64,000 nucleotides of DNA from an uncultured Rubrobacteraceae bacterium (GTDB lineage Bacteria > Actinomycetota > Rubrobacteria > Rubrobacterales > Rubrobacteraceae), in the NCBI GenBank assembly GCA_963769655.1, contig CAVYMT010000004.1, positions 856 to 64,855 on the forward strand. Reading direction: 5' to 3'. Positions within the stretch are counted from its first letter, which is position 1, and each line of letters starts with the position of its first letter. The notes beneath the pieces are model-generated. The model was not told the DNA's origin. It searched no databases and worked only from the letters and a program-made list of their open reading frames with translations. Below, in pieces: positions 9,014-18,555 of the stretch. The translations under genes were made by a program, and so were the position numbers.

Positions 9014-9954
9014 GAAACTGTTTGGAAACTCTCACCCACGAGCCAACCTCTTGACCATCAGCCGGATCATCGCCGCGTACACGAACGCTTCGGCGCTGGC
9101 GCACAACCTCTCGTAGTCCTCGCTCATCCTCCTGTTCTGGCACAACCACGAGAAGGTCCGCTCCACGACCCACCTGCGGGGTAATGCCACGTACCCTCGC
9201 GGCGGCATCAGCCTTTGCCAGTCGACCTTCTTGTCCTCCTTGGCCCACTCCTCTGCCCAGATCCTCGCCACCTTCTCGGGGGCCGGCTTGGGCGGCTTGC
9301 GCACGACCTCCACGCTCAAGCCCATGCCTTCCTCGGCCCACCGCTTGCCCCGCCCTTGGTAGCCGGCATCCAGCCACAAATGTCTCAGACGCGAGAGCCC
9401 GCTCTGCGCCGACCCCAGCAACAGCCTCAGCCCGTCCTGGTCGGGCACCTTGGCGCTGTGGACCTTGGCCTTGAGCACTAGACCCTCTGTGTCTACCAAA
9501 ATGCGTCGCTTGCGGCCCCTCACCTTCTTGTTGCCGTCGTATCCTCTGTGTTCTCCGCCGACCCCTGTGGTCTTGGAGGACTGGGAGTCGGCGATGCCCG
9601 CGCTCGGGAGCGGGTTCCTACCCCCGTCGACTGCGCAACCGCTCGCGCAGGGCGGCGTTGAGCCGCTCGAAGGTCCCGTCCACGCGCCATCTCCCGAACC
9701 ACCAGTAGACGGTCTCCCAGGGCGGGAAGTCTCGGGGCAACAGCCGCCACGGGCAGCCGCTCTTCAGGACGTAGAAGACGGCGTCGAGGATCTCGCGGGT
9801 GGTGTGGGTCCTCGGTCGTCCTCGCTCGTTGGGAGCCGGGACGTGGGGCTCGAGGCACCTCCATTCGTCGTCGGACAGGTCGGTCGAGTAGCTCCTTTTC
9901 ATGCTCGGGAGCGTACGTCATCGACCTGCCTCGCTCGCTTTTCCAAACAGTTTC
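9014..9954 (-). mobile_element. IS5-family insertion sequence, copy 2 (related to but distinct from copy 1), flanked by GGA direct repeats
   Basis: Inverted repeats are GAAACTGTTTGGAAA (9014..9028) and TTTCCAAACAGTTTC (9940..9954). GGA occurs at 9011..9013 and 9955..9957. Confidence 0.85.
9032..9902 (-). pseudogene. IS5-family transposase split by a 1-nt indel in a G/C run (9621..9625)
   Basis: ORFs 9618..9902 and 9032..9523 together align with the copy-1 transposase. Removing one G from the G5 run gives SRRGRNPLPSAGIADSQSSKTTG, colinear with copy 1 (VRTGRDPQPTAGVVDSQSVKTTG). Confidence 0.85.
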
Positions 9955-9957
9955 GGA

Positions 9958-9980
9958 AGGTGGGTTCTCGGAAGTTCGCA
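9958..9980 (+). repeat. right half of repeat R, split by the IS insertions
   Basis: AGGTGGGTTCTCGGAAGTTCGCA matches AGGTGGGCGTTCTCCGAAGTCCGCA of the intact copy. Confidence 0.6.
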
Positions 9981-10248
9981 AACACAAAGCAACTCCTATG
10001 CAACAGCAAGTATGTGCCACCTGGGGGATGTTCCGTCTGTTGCGAGGGTACTACGGTGTCTGATTATACAAGCGGGCAGAGGCTTGGAACCGCGTCTCGG
10101 TGAAGGTGGGTACCCCGTGGGGCGCGGGGAGCCAGTGGTGCAACCGGCTGTGCCGCGCGAACTAGGAGGAGGTCGCGCTTGTGAGGCGCCCTATCTTGCT
10201 GGTTACGCTGGCTTTGGTGATGGCGAAGATGCTGAGAGGAGAGAAGAA

Positions 10249-10665
10249 GTGCTGAGGAAGAGGCTAGTGCTACTGAGCGTGTTTGCTCTGATGTTGGCCT
10301 CCGCCGTTTTCGCCCCCGTTGCCCTGGCGCAAGAGCCGGCCGAGGTCGACGTGCGGTCGGTGAAGCTGGGTCCGGGTGGGTCGGTGACCGTCACCGGCAC
10401 CATCGAATGCATAGAGGGATATATCTACGACTCAACCGTGACGGTCAGGCAGAGGACGGGCCGCAAGGTTAACACGGTCAATGTGTTCGCCTCCGGTACG
10501 TGTGAGGAGCCCACTGGACGGCAAGAATTCACGGCCACCGGCAACTCGGATAGGCGATTCCACAGGGGGACAGCCACAATACAGGCGTTCGGGACCCTTT
10601 ACAACCCAGAAGTCTCCGACAGCATAAATTGGGTAGGAGCGGACGAGGCTGTCCGCATCCGTTAG
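10249..10665 (+). CDS. hypothetical secreted protein (signal peptide)
   Basis: GTG 10249 follows GAGAGGAGAGAAGAA. The N-terminus VLRKRLVLLSVFALMLASAVFAPVALAQEP is signal-peptide-like. No family recognised. Confidence 0.55.
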   Translation: MLRKRLVLLSVFALMLASAVFAPVALAQEPAEVDVRSVKLGPGGSVTVTGTIECIEGYIYDSTVTVRQRTGRKVNTVNVFASGTCEEPTGRQEFTATGNSDRRFHRGTATIQAFGTLYNPEVSDSINWVGADEAVRIR

Positions 10666-10718
10666 CGTAAAATGAGGATGCTGTAGAAAGAGGGCCGGCC
10701 CTTCTCCTTGCCCTTATC

Positions 10719-10759
10719 CACCCAACTGCGGGTAAGGTGGGCGTTCTCCGAAGTCCGCA
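10719..10759 (+). repeat. intact copy of intergenic repeat R
   Basis: CACCCAACTGCGGGTAAGGTGGGCGTTCTCCGAAGTCCGCA equals the left half at 8046 plus the right half at 9958. Confidence 0.6.
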
Positions 10760-10895
10760 TCCAGGATCGTGCATAGTCCCGATCCTTTACGTCCCTCGGA
10801 AGCCGTCTGAGGGCCTCGGGTCATCGGACCGGGGGACTACATGTTGCGGTTCTGCGTAGATATACGAGATCGTGGATGCGCGGGTCCTCTGCGTG

Positions 10896-10930
10896 GGGCA
10901 TGAGGAGGTGCGGCGAACCTCCTCATGCCC
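10896..10930 (-). terminator. strong stem-loop downstream of the VOC-fragment stop
   Basis: GGGCATGAGGAGGT-gcggcga-ACCTCCTCATGCCC is a perfect 14-bp stem. Confidence 0.6.
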
Positions 10931-10942
10931 GTCCGTTGATGG

Positions 10943-11160
10943 TCAGGACGCGTTGTACTCGCTCACGACCTCCACGACCCAGGTGACGCCGAATCGGTCG
11001 GTCAGCATCCCGAACAAGGGCGCCCACTGGGACGAGGCGAGCGGTTCGACGACGGTCGCGCTGTCAGAAAGCTTTTCCAGTACCTGGTGATCTCGTCAAC
11101 ACTCTCGCCCCGCAGCGAGATGAAGAACGGATCCTGCGTGATCGTCACCCCGTTCTCTCG
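10943..11160 (-). pseudogene. C-terminal remnant of a VOC/PhnB-like protein, with a frameshift
   Basis: My translation gives ...DPFFISLRGESVDEITRYW, then after a 1-nt shift KLSDSATVVEPLASSQWAPLFGMLTDRFGVTWVVEV*. No matching N-terminal half lies upstream. Confidence 0.6.
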
Positions 11161-11250
11161 CCGCGTCGAGGGCTCGCTTGGCCTAGCGGACTGCCCCGTC
11201 GCGGGCACGTCGCACAGGCACTGCTCGCAGACGGGCGCACGGTCCGCTGC

Positions 11251-11388
11251 ATGGCTCGTGATACGACCCGTGTTCAAGACTTGGCTGACGCCGGGTGTGA
11301 GGTCGTCCAAGGCGACATCCTGGATGCCGCGTCGGTGGAGCACGCGCTGGAATCCGTCCAAGCAGCGTATATCTGCATCCACACGCTG
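11251..11388 (+). pseudogene. fragment of an NmrA/NAD(P)-binding (atypical SDR) gene
   Basis: ARDTTRVQDLADAGCEVVQGDILDAASVEHALESVQAAYICIHTL resembles an internal segment of NmrA-like proteins. The Rossmann N-terminus and the C-terminus are both missing. Confidence 0.45.
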
Positions 11389-11389
11389 G

Positions 11390-11959
11390 CAGATAGCGCG
11401 TCGCTTCGACGATCTCGAGATCGAGGACGTGTCGGAGCTGCTGCGCAGCCCCGTCCACGAGGAGCGTCTGGTGGCGCTGGTATGGTTCGTTCGCCGCTAC
11501 GAGCGCGGAGACGGGGCGACGCGACGGTCCGTCTACGACCTCTACCTTGAGAACACCGACCGGGTGAACAATTGGGACCTGGTGGACGTCTCGGCGCCGC
11601 AAATAGTGGGTGCCCACCTCCTCGACCGGCCGCGGGACATCCTCGACCGTCTCGCCCGTTCGTCTTCGGTTTGGGAGCGCCGGATCTCCATTATGGCAAC
11701 CTTCGCGTTCATCCGGGCCGGCGAGTACGAGGACACGTTGCGTCTCGGGCGCATCCTACTGCGGGACGAGCACGACCTGATCCACAAGGCCGTCGGCTGG
11801 ATGCTGCGCGAGGTCGGCAAGCGCGACGAGGCGCTCTTGATGGGCTTCCTCGAGCGCCACGCCCCGGAGATGCCCCGGATGATGCTCCGGTACTCCGTGG
11901 AGCGGCTGGATCCCCAGAACCGGGCCCGACTGATGGGCATGGAGCGACGGACGAATTGA
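11390..11959 (+). pseudogene. DNA alkylation repair protein (AlkD/AlkC-like HEAT-repeat family), N-terminally truncated
   Basis: QIARRFDDLEIEDVSELLRSPVHEERLVAL...NNWDLVD...WERRISIMATFAFI...KAVGWMLREVGKR matches PF08713-type proteins starting at roughly residue 55. It is fused out of frame to the NmrA fragment. Confidence 0.7.
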
Positions 11960-12051
11960 GCCGGAGCCCTGGTTCTGAGGTCCCTTCGGGTTCAGCGTTT
12001 GTCCAAGCCGGGTAGATCAACGCTCGGGTGAAGCGAGGGAAAGGGGCAGCC

Positions 12052-12834
12052 GTGTTTGACTACCGTACGATGTTCGACCTCACGGGCAAGACCGCGCTCG
12101 TGGTCGGGGCCGGCAGGGGGATAGGGGAGGCCGGGGCGCAGGGCCTTGCCGCCTTCGGGGCCGAGGTGTATTGCGCCGACGTGGACGCCGAGGCCGCGGA
12201 GGGCTCGGCCCAGGAGATCCAGGCGCAAGGCGGCAAAGCGCAGGCCCTGCGGCTCGACATGACGGATCCCGAGAGCATGGGCGCGGCGGCCGAGCGGGTC
12301 GGGACGCCGGACGCGCTCGTCGTGACGCCGAGCATCAACGCGAGAAAACCGCTGCTCGAGATCACTGATGAGGAGTTCGACCGCGTCGTCGACCTGAACC
12401 TCAAGGGGCTCTTCCGCCTGATGCGGATATTCGGGCGGGGCATGTCCGAGCGGGGCTCGGGCAGCATCGTGGCCTTCTCGAGCTTCCGGGCCCAGATCGT
12501 CGAGCCGGGCCAGAGCGTCTACGCCGCGACGAAATCCGGGACCGTGCAGATGGTCCGCGCCCTGGCGGCCGAGCTAGGAGAGCGCAACGTCCGTGTCAAC
12601 GCCATAGCCCCGGGGGCGGTCGAGACGCCGCTGACGGCCCAGATCAAGAACACCCCCGAGTGGTGGGAGGCCTACGCTCAGGGGAACGTCTTCGGGCGCT
12701 GGGCCCAGCCGCACGAGATGGTCGGCATGATCGTCTACCTGGTCTCGGACGCCTCTTCCTACACGACCGGCTCGCAGATGTTCGTGGACGGGGGCTGGAC
12801 CGCCGCCGACGGACGCTTCACCCCGCCGCTCTAG
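12052..12834 (+). CDS. SDR-family oxidoreductase
   Basis: TALVVGAGRGIGEA glycine motif and YAATKSG catalytic motif. The start is uncertain among 12028, 12052 and 12070. Confidence 0.85.
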   Translation: MFDYRTMFDLTGKTALVVGAGRGIGEAGAQGLAAFGAEVYCADVDAEAAEGSAQEIQAQGGKAQALRLDMTDPESMGAAAERVGTPDALVVTPSINARKPLLEITDEEFDRVVDLNLKGLFRLMRIFGRGMSERGSGSIVAFSSFRAQIVEPGQSVYAATKSGTVQMVRALAAELGERNVRVNAIAPGAVETPLTAQIKNTPEWWEAYAQGNVFGRWAQPHEMVGMIVYLVSDASSYTTGSQMFVDGGWTAADGRFTPPL

Positions 12835-13945
12835 ACGCTCGGCGGATTGTCCTTCAGGGACGCGACCCGCGCGGCGAAGCGGTCTACCCGGTCGTTGCCG
12901 TCGAGGGCTCCGAGCTCCAGGTCGTAGGTGCGCTTCTCGCCGGGCGCGAGCTCGATCAGCTCCCCGCGCTCGCGGGCGTCGAGGCGCCCGGCGGTGCGGT
13001 TGGTGCTCGGCTCGATGCCCACCATGTAGGTGCCCTCGCCGAGCATCCGCCAGACGAAGTGGTGGGGGAGCTGATCCCGCCTGTAGACCTGGTAGAGGCC
13101 GACGCCCAGGTCCCTGTTGACCACCGCCACCGGCACGGTGCCGCCCTCCTCCGCGACGAGGTCGTGCTCGAAGACCCGCTCTACGTATCCGCTCTCCGGA
13201 GCGTGGAACCTACCGTAGCCCTCCGCCGGGTAATCGCCGCGGGGCGAGACGCCGGCTCGCGGGGACCAGCAGCTCGGCGCCCTCGTCCACGACCGGGAAG
13301 CCGACGTTGACGTGGTAGAGGTACATGTGCGGCGTCGGGCCAAAGCCCGACGTTCTCGACCTCGTCGTGGATCGTCAGGCGCGACTCGCCGACCCGCGCC
13401 TCGACGCGCCGCCGCAGCAGCAGGTTCTCCCCGAAGACCGCCGCCTGCGAGACCTCGCCCTCGGCCCAGAGCACGCACTCGTCGCCGTCCCAGCGCTCGC
13501 CGTAGCCGGCGAGCCGGGCCGGGCGGTTGGAGACGCGGCCGTGCAGGCCGTGGGACTCGGTCTCCTTCGGCGGGTAGTGGTACTGCTCGGCCGTGTCCTC
13601 CGCCATGAACAGCGCGTGGTCGAGGCCGGCGGTCGTCGCCAGGCCGCCGCCCCAGTTGCGCAAGAAACCGAGGCCCTCGGGCTCGTGGAACCAGGGGCCG
13701 GCGAAACCGACGGGCGAGAGCCAGCCCAGGGATCGTCCGCCCAACGCGCAGCGGCCCACGTCGAAGGCACGGTCCACGACGATGTCGAAGGCGAAGCCCG
13801 TGCCGGTGCGGAACTCGAGTAGCCGCACGCCGCGCTCGGCGCCGTCTTCCAGGGTGACGAGCCGGACGCCGGCGACCTGGTCCAACCTCCCGACCCGTCG
13901 CAGCAACTCGCCGCGACGGTAGCTCTTGCCGAAGAGGTCGGGCAT
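12831..13945 (-). pseudogene. DUF4432 / aldose-1-epimerase-like protein, frameshifted (about 13330 and 13260)
   Basis: The N-terminal part MPDLFGKSYRRGELLRRVG...GLHGRVSN and the C-terminal part ...HFVWRMLGEGTYMVGIEPSTN... lie in different frames. The ATG overlaps the upstream stop (ATGA at 13943..13947). Confidence 0.7.
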
Positions 13946-15042
13946 CAGCTGACCGCCTCGGGCCTCGTCTCCGAGAGCGGGACGGCGCGGCCCTCGCGCC
14001 CGGACCGGTACGCCGCCTCGACGAGCGCCATGGTCCCGAGCGTCGTGCGGCCGGATATCTCCGGCTCGGCATCGTCGTGCACGGCCCGCATTAGCTGGCC
14101 CATGGTCCCCTTGAAGGCCTGGGGGAACCACTGTTCGGACCAGCGGGGCCTCTCCCAATCGCCGTCCATGGCCATGGTCATCCAGTCTATCGTCGAGGGA
14201 CTCCCCTCCGGGTAGTCGGGCCAGCCGATCGTGCCCTTGGCCATGCCCACCGTGCCCTCGACGCGCCACTCGATCCTGTGGTCGGCCCACGTAAAGCAGT
14301 TGTCGAGGCCGATGGCCCTCAAGCCGTCGGCGTACTCGAGGATGTAGAACGCCATCCCGTCCTCGTGCGGGAAATCGTGGCTCGGGTCTTCGCGGAAGGA
14401 GGCGAGCACCCTCTCCGGGTCGCCGAAGAGGTAGCGGAAGGCGTCGAGGTGGTGGATGGACATGTTGAGCAGCGCTATCCGGCCGTAGGGCTTGATGAAA
14501 TCCTGCCAGTGCGGGCGGGCGTTCATGACGATCTGTGCCACCACCGCCTCTCCCAGCCGCCCTTCGTCTAGCAGCGCCTTCAGCGCGCGCATGGACTGGT
14601 CGTAGCGCATGTTGTGGTTGACGCCGAGCTTCACGCCCGCCTCGTCGCAGAGGCGCACCATCTCGACTGCCTCAGCGAGGGTGAAAGCGACGGGCTTCTG
14701 GGCGAGGATGCCCTTGATGTGGGGCCGCTTCACGGCTTCCCGGACGATGGCCAGTTGCTGGTCGGGCGGGAAGGCGATGTCGAGTATCTCGACCCGCTCG
14801 TCATCGAGCAGCTCTTGCCAGGTGTCATGGACCGTCCCTATGCCGTGCTCCTCGGCCGCCGCCCGCGCGTGGGCCGGGGTGCGCGAGGCGATGGCGACGA
14901 CGTCGAAGCCGGCCTCGGCGTAGGAGACCAGGTGGATGTCCTTCATGATGAACCCGGCGCCGACGCAGCCGATCCTGTAGTCGGTCTTCGGCGGGAGGTC
15001 GGGGCCGGCCCGACCGGCGAGGTCCAGCGTGTCCTCGGCCAT
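13945..15042 (-). CDS. Gfo/Idh/MocA-family oxidoreductase
   Basis: N-terminal Rossmann segment YRIGCVGAGFIMKDIHL plus the typical C-terminal dimerisation domain; 365 aa. Confidence 0.9.
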   Translation of the reverse strand: MAEDTLDLAGRAGPDLPPKTDYRIGCVGAGFIMKDIHLVSYAEAGFDVVAIASRTPAHARAAAEEHGIGTVHDTWQELLDDERVEILDIAFPPDQQLAIVREAVKRPHIKGILAQKPVAFTLAEAVEMVRLCDEAGVKLGVNHNMRYDQSMRALKALLDEGRLGEAVVAQIVMNARPHWQDFIKPYGRIALLNMSIHHLDAFRYLFGDPERVLASFREDPSHDFPHEDGMAFYILEYADGLRAIGLDNCFTWADHRIEWRVEGTVGMAKGTIGWPDYPEGSPSTIDWMTMAMDGDWERPRWSEQWFPQAFKGTMGQLMRAVHDDAEPEISGRTTLGTMALVEAAYRSGREGRAVPLSETRPEAVS

Positions 15043-15052
15043 CGCTGCCTCC

Positions 15053-15901
15053 TCAGGCCCTCGCCGACCCGTCGCGGACGCCGATGTCGGCCATAATCCT
15101 GGCCGTCTCCCTGTAGGCCTCCTCGACCCACTCGACGATCTCGTCCGGGTTCGGGGAGTACTCGAGCTCGATGGAGACCGTGCCGGAGTAGCCGGTGTCG
15201 GCGATGGCCTGAAGGTACTCCTGGATCGGGGTCACCCCCCTGCCGGCGGGCAGGTCGCCGTGCTTCTCGCCGTCGCAGTCGGAGAGGTGGATGTGCCCGA
15301 TCATGCCCCGCAGCTTGGCAACGTCCTCGAAAGAGGCGTCCGAGAGGTGCAGGTGCGAGATGTCGGCGTTGGCCTTGACGGCCGGGTGGTCCACCTCCCT
15401 GATGAATCGGGCGAGCTCGTCCACGTCCTTGACCAGCGCCTGGCTGAACGGCTCAAGCTCGATGACGACCTCGAGCCCGTTCTCCCCGGCGTACTCTCCG
15501 AGCTGTCTCACCCGGTCCACCGTGTAGTCCCAGATCGCCTCTTGCGGGAACACCTCGCCGTCCCAGAAGTACTCGCCGATCACGAGCAGCAGGTTGCGGG
15601 CGCCGAAGTAGGCCCCCTGGTCGATGTAGGCCCTGGCCCGGTCCATGGCGAAGCGCTCTACGGAGGGGTTGAAGTCCACGAGGCCGAAGTTCACGCAGAC
15701 CACCGAGCGGATCGGGAGCCCCACCTCGTCGCACGTGTTCTTTATTAGCGCGCGCGTCTCGTCGTCGATGTCGAGCGGATCCTCGAAGATGTCGTAGGAG
15801 TCGAACCCGATCTCCTTGGCCCTCCGAATGCCCTCTTCCACGCCGACCTTGGTGCCCACCCAGGTCGAGCTGATCATCCCTAGCTCCAGGTCGTTCGCCA
15901 C
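15053..15901 (-). CDS. sugar phosphate isomerase/epimerase (xylose-isomerase-like TIM barrel)
   Basis: 282 aa with the pattern ...IGFDSYDIFEDP...LLLVIGEYFW...HIHLSDCDG... typical of AP_endonuc_2 / TIM-barrel proteins. Confidence 0.9.
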   Translation of the reverse strand: MANDLELGMISSTWVGTKVGVEEGIRRAKEIGFDSYDIFEDPLDIDDETRALIKNTCDEVGLPIRSVVCVNFGLVDFNPSVERFAMDRARAYIDQGAYFGARNLLLVIGEYFWDGEVFPQEAIWDYTVDRVRQLGEYAGENGLEVVIELEPFSQALVKDVDELARFIREVDHPAVKANADISHLHLSDASFEDVAKLRGMIGHIHLSDCDGEKHGDLPAGRGVTPIQEYLQAIADTGYSGTVSIELEYSPNPDEIVEWVEEAYRETARIMADIGVRDGSARA

Positions 15902-16038
15902 GCGCTGCCCCTTTCCCTTTCCGCGTCACACGTCAAGACCGCTCGCGCTCCTATGTCTTATGACGACCGCCGCCCGACCTAACCAGAGCCGCCCACGGCC
16001 CCACCTCCTCTTCTGGAACATTCTTACGGCACCGGGTC

Positions 16039-16794
16039 TCAGTGCGTCACCCAGCCGCCGTCGATCTGCACGGTCTGGCCGGTGATGAACGAGGCCGCGT
16101 CGCTTGCGAGGAAGGCGGCGAGGTTGCCGACGTCATCGGGCGTTCCCCTGCGCTTGAGGCATTGCTGCTCGAGTATGTGGCGGTTGAGGGCTTCCTGGTC
16201 AGGGTGGACCCTCTCCGCGGCGGTGGGGAACGCGCCGGGGGAGATGGCGTTTACGGTGACGCCGTCGGAGCCGACCTCCCGGGCGAGCGTGCGGGTAAAG
16301 CCGACGACCGCACCCTTGGACGAGACGTAGTCCAGGAAGCCGGCCCAGCCGATGAAGAAGGTGATGGAGGCGACGTTGATGACGCGCCCGTGGCCCCGCT
16401 CCTTCATGCTCGGATAAGCGGCCCGCGCGCACAGGAAATAGCCCTTGAGGTTGACCGCCATCACCCGGTCCCACTCCTCTTCTTCTATCTCCAGCCACGG
16501 CCTCAGAGGATAGATGGCGGCGTTGTTCACGACGATGTCCACCCCGCCGAGCTCGCCCGCGACGCGGTCCACCATGGCCTTCACCGATGCGTCGTCGGAG
16601 ACGTCGGTCTCGACCGAGATGGCGCGCCCCCCGTCGGAACCCGCTATCCCGGACACGCGTTCGGCCTCGGCACGATCCCGGTCAACGACGGCGACCGCGG
16701 CCCCGGCGTTCGCGAGGGACGAGCAGATGCCCTCGCCCAGGCCGCCACCGCCGCCGGTCACGATCGCCACCCTGCCGTCGAGCGGACCCGTCAT
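16039..16794 (-). CDS. SDR-family oxidoreductase
   Basis: VAIVTGGGGGLGEG, NNAAI and YVSSKGA motifs. Confidence 0.9.
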   Translation of the reverse strand: MTGPLDGRVAIVTGGGGGLGEGICSSLANAGAAVAVVDRDRAEAERVSGIAGSDGGRAISVETDVSDDASVKAMVDRVAGELGGVDIVVNNAAIYPLRPWLEIEEEEWDRVMAVNLKGYFLCARAAYPSMKERGHGRVINVASITFFIGWAGFLDYVSSKGAVVGFTRTLAREVGSDGVTVNAISPGAFPTAAERVHPDQEALNRHILEQQCLKRRGTPDDVGNLAAFLASDAASFITGQTVQIDGGWVTH

Positions 16795-17068
16795 CGTTGC
16801 CTCCTCGAGCTAGTGATGTTTCCGAACGGGCCGTTCATTGGGCCCGTAGAGCCGAGATCGCGGACGGAAGCGTACTCGGATCGCCGAGGCCGGGGATGGT
16901 CCCGATCCCATCGATGAGGCCGCACGACGCCCCTCCCACCACCGCGATTCTCCTTCCCCAAAAAGACCCCGCGAGTGCGGGCCATGTTAGCATAGTCGGC
17001 CGCGGACCCGTCGCCGCGCGAGACGTTCTTTCGGCGCCCTGAAACGTTCCGAGCTCCTGTCGTGTTGT

Positions 17069-17674
17069 ATGGGTATGGAGACCGAATCCGTGAGCGAGAG
17101 AGGTAGAGGGGACCCCGATTCTCTGGCTCGCCGCCTGGCGGGCGGGGACCCGAAGGCGCCCGAGGAGCTGGTGAGACGGCATCACGCCGAACTCTACCGC
17201 TACGCCCGGGCGTTGCTGCGCGGCGCGCCCGCCGCCGAGGACGCGGTCCAGGAGGCGTTCGCGCGGGCCTTCGTCGCACTTGGCAAGTACTCGGAGGAGC
17301 GCATCGAGGCCCTCCAATTGCGCCCCTGGCTTTACCGCATCACCCTCAACGTGGTGCGCAACAACTGGCGCGCCGGTCGCCGGGAGGTCCTCGTGGCCGA
17401 GATGCCGGAGTCCGGCGGCAGCCTCGGGGCTTCGTCGGTCTCTGACGCAGAGAGCAAGGTGGCCTGGCTGGACGCGCTCGACGCGCTCGGGCGGCTGTCC
17501 GAGCGGCAGCGGATCGCGGTGACGCTGCGCTACCTCGAAGATCTACCCTACGCCGCGATTTCGGAGGTCACCGGCTGGCCGGAGAACACCTGCAAGACTC
17601 TGGTGCGCCGGGGTGTCGGAAGGCTCGGAGCGCTGCTGTCGGAGGGAACCAAGGAAACGGAGGCACCAAGATGA
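17069..17674 (+). CDS. ECF-type sigma-70 family RNA polymerase sigma factor
   Basis: Region 2 is RPWLYRITLNVVRNNWR. Region 4 is SERQRIAVTLRYLEDLPYAAISEVTGWPENTCKTLVRRGVGRL. Confidence 0.85.
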   Translation: MGMETESVSERGRGDPDSLARRLAGGDPKAPEELVRRHHAELYRYARALLRGAPAAEDAVQEAFARAFVALGKYSEERIEALQLRPWLYRITLNVVRNNWRAGRREVLVAEMPESGGSLGASSVSDAESKVAWLDALDALGRLSERQRIAVTLRYLEDLPYAAISEVTGWPENTCKTLVRRGVGRLGALLSEGTKETEAPR

Positions 17675-18480
17675 ACGACGAGAAGTCCCTGCGGTCGGGC
17701 GAATCGAGCGACGAGGAGCGCATCGCCGGGCTGCTTGGTGAGGCCGCCGAGCACCTGTTGCCCGCCCTGGATCCGGACGAATCGGTGGAGCGGGCGCTCG
17801 CGCGCGGGACGGATCGCCTCTTCTCGTGCGACTCGCTCCTGGGCGAGGTGTACGTCGGGGTGAGCGCGTACGGCGTTCGCATGGTCGGGAGGGCCGACTC
17901 GCCCGAGGAGTTCGCCCGCCGCTACCGCGATCGCTTCGATCGCCTCCTCTCGTGGGGCACGGACCAGAAGTCGCGCAGGCTCGCCCAGAGGGTGGCCGCG
18001 GCGTTGGCCGGCGAGAGGGTCCAGGTCCCGGCGGACCTCTCGGGTACGACGCCCTTCCAGCGGCGCGTGCTCGAGGTGGTGAAGGGGATCCCCCGCGGCG
18101 AGGTCAGGCCCTACGCCTGGGTCGCCCGCGAGGCCGGCTCCCCGAGGGCCTCCCGCGCCGTGGGCACGGTGATGGCGAACAACCCCGTCCCGCTGATCGT
18201 ACCCTGCCATCGCGTCGTCAGGAACGACGGTACCACCGGACAGTACGGCTTCGGCCCCCAGGAGAAGGTCGGGCTGCTCGAAGGGGAGGGCGTGCCCGTA
18301 GACGAGTTGGCGGGCTTCCCGTACCTGGCCACGCCGACGACGGGTATCTTCTGCCACGCCACCTGCCGCAACGCCAGGAGGATTAAGCCCGAGAACCGCC
18401 GCCGCTTCCGCTCGGTACGGGCGGCGTCGGAGGCCGGCTTCAGACCCTGCGAGGTGTGCCGACCGGTGGCTGCTGGTTAG
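17671..18480 (+). CDS. O6-alkylguanine-DNA alkyltransferase fused to a C-terminal Ada-type Zn(Cys)4 domain
   Basis: Active site NNPVPLIVPCHRVV. The C-terminal TTGIFCHATCRNARRIKPENRRRFRSVRAASEAGFRPCEVCRP matches Ada_Zn_binding (CxxxC...CxxC). The start overlaps the sigma-factor stop (ATGA). Confidence 0.85.
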   Translation: MNDEKSLRSGESSDEERIAGLLGEAAEHLLPALDPDESVERALARGTDRLFSCDSLLGEVYVGVSAYGVRMVGRADSPEEFARRYRDRFDRLLSWGTDQKSRRLAQRVAAALAGERVQVPADLSGTTPFQRRVLEVVKGIPRGEVRPYAWVAREAGSPRASRAVGTVMANNPVPLIVPCHRVVRNDGTTGQYGFGPQEKVGLLEGEGVPVDELAGFPYLATPTTGIFCHATCRNARRIKPENRRRFRSVRAASEAGFRPCEVCRPVAAG

Positions 18481-18555
18481 CCAGCACGAACGGCCCGCCG
18501 GAGGCGGCAACCCGGCAAAGGTGACTCCAGTAAGCTATGCGAGAGGATGAGGAAC

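Noticed and set aside
8105-9054. ORFs 8105..8836 (-), 8329..9054 (+), 8407..8904 (-) and 8589..9377 (-) within the IS region as extra IS-encoded genes.
   Set aside because: They overlap the clearly homologous transposase frame and translate to low-complexity sequence.
9523-9620. The split transposase of IS copy 2 as a programmed -1 ribosomal frameshift (orfA/orfB), as described for some IS families.
   Set aside because: There is no slippery heptamer. The shift needed is +1/-2 rather than -1. Deleting a single G from a G5 run restores perfect colinearity with the unsplit transposase of copy 1. A simple indel is the better explanation.
12831-12834. The 4-nt CTAG overlap of the convergent stops of the SDR (+) and DUF4432 (-) genes as a regulatory feature.
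   Set aside because: Overlapping convergent stop codons are common in compact genomes, and there is nothing further to support a function.
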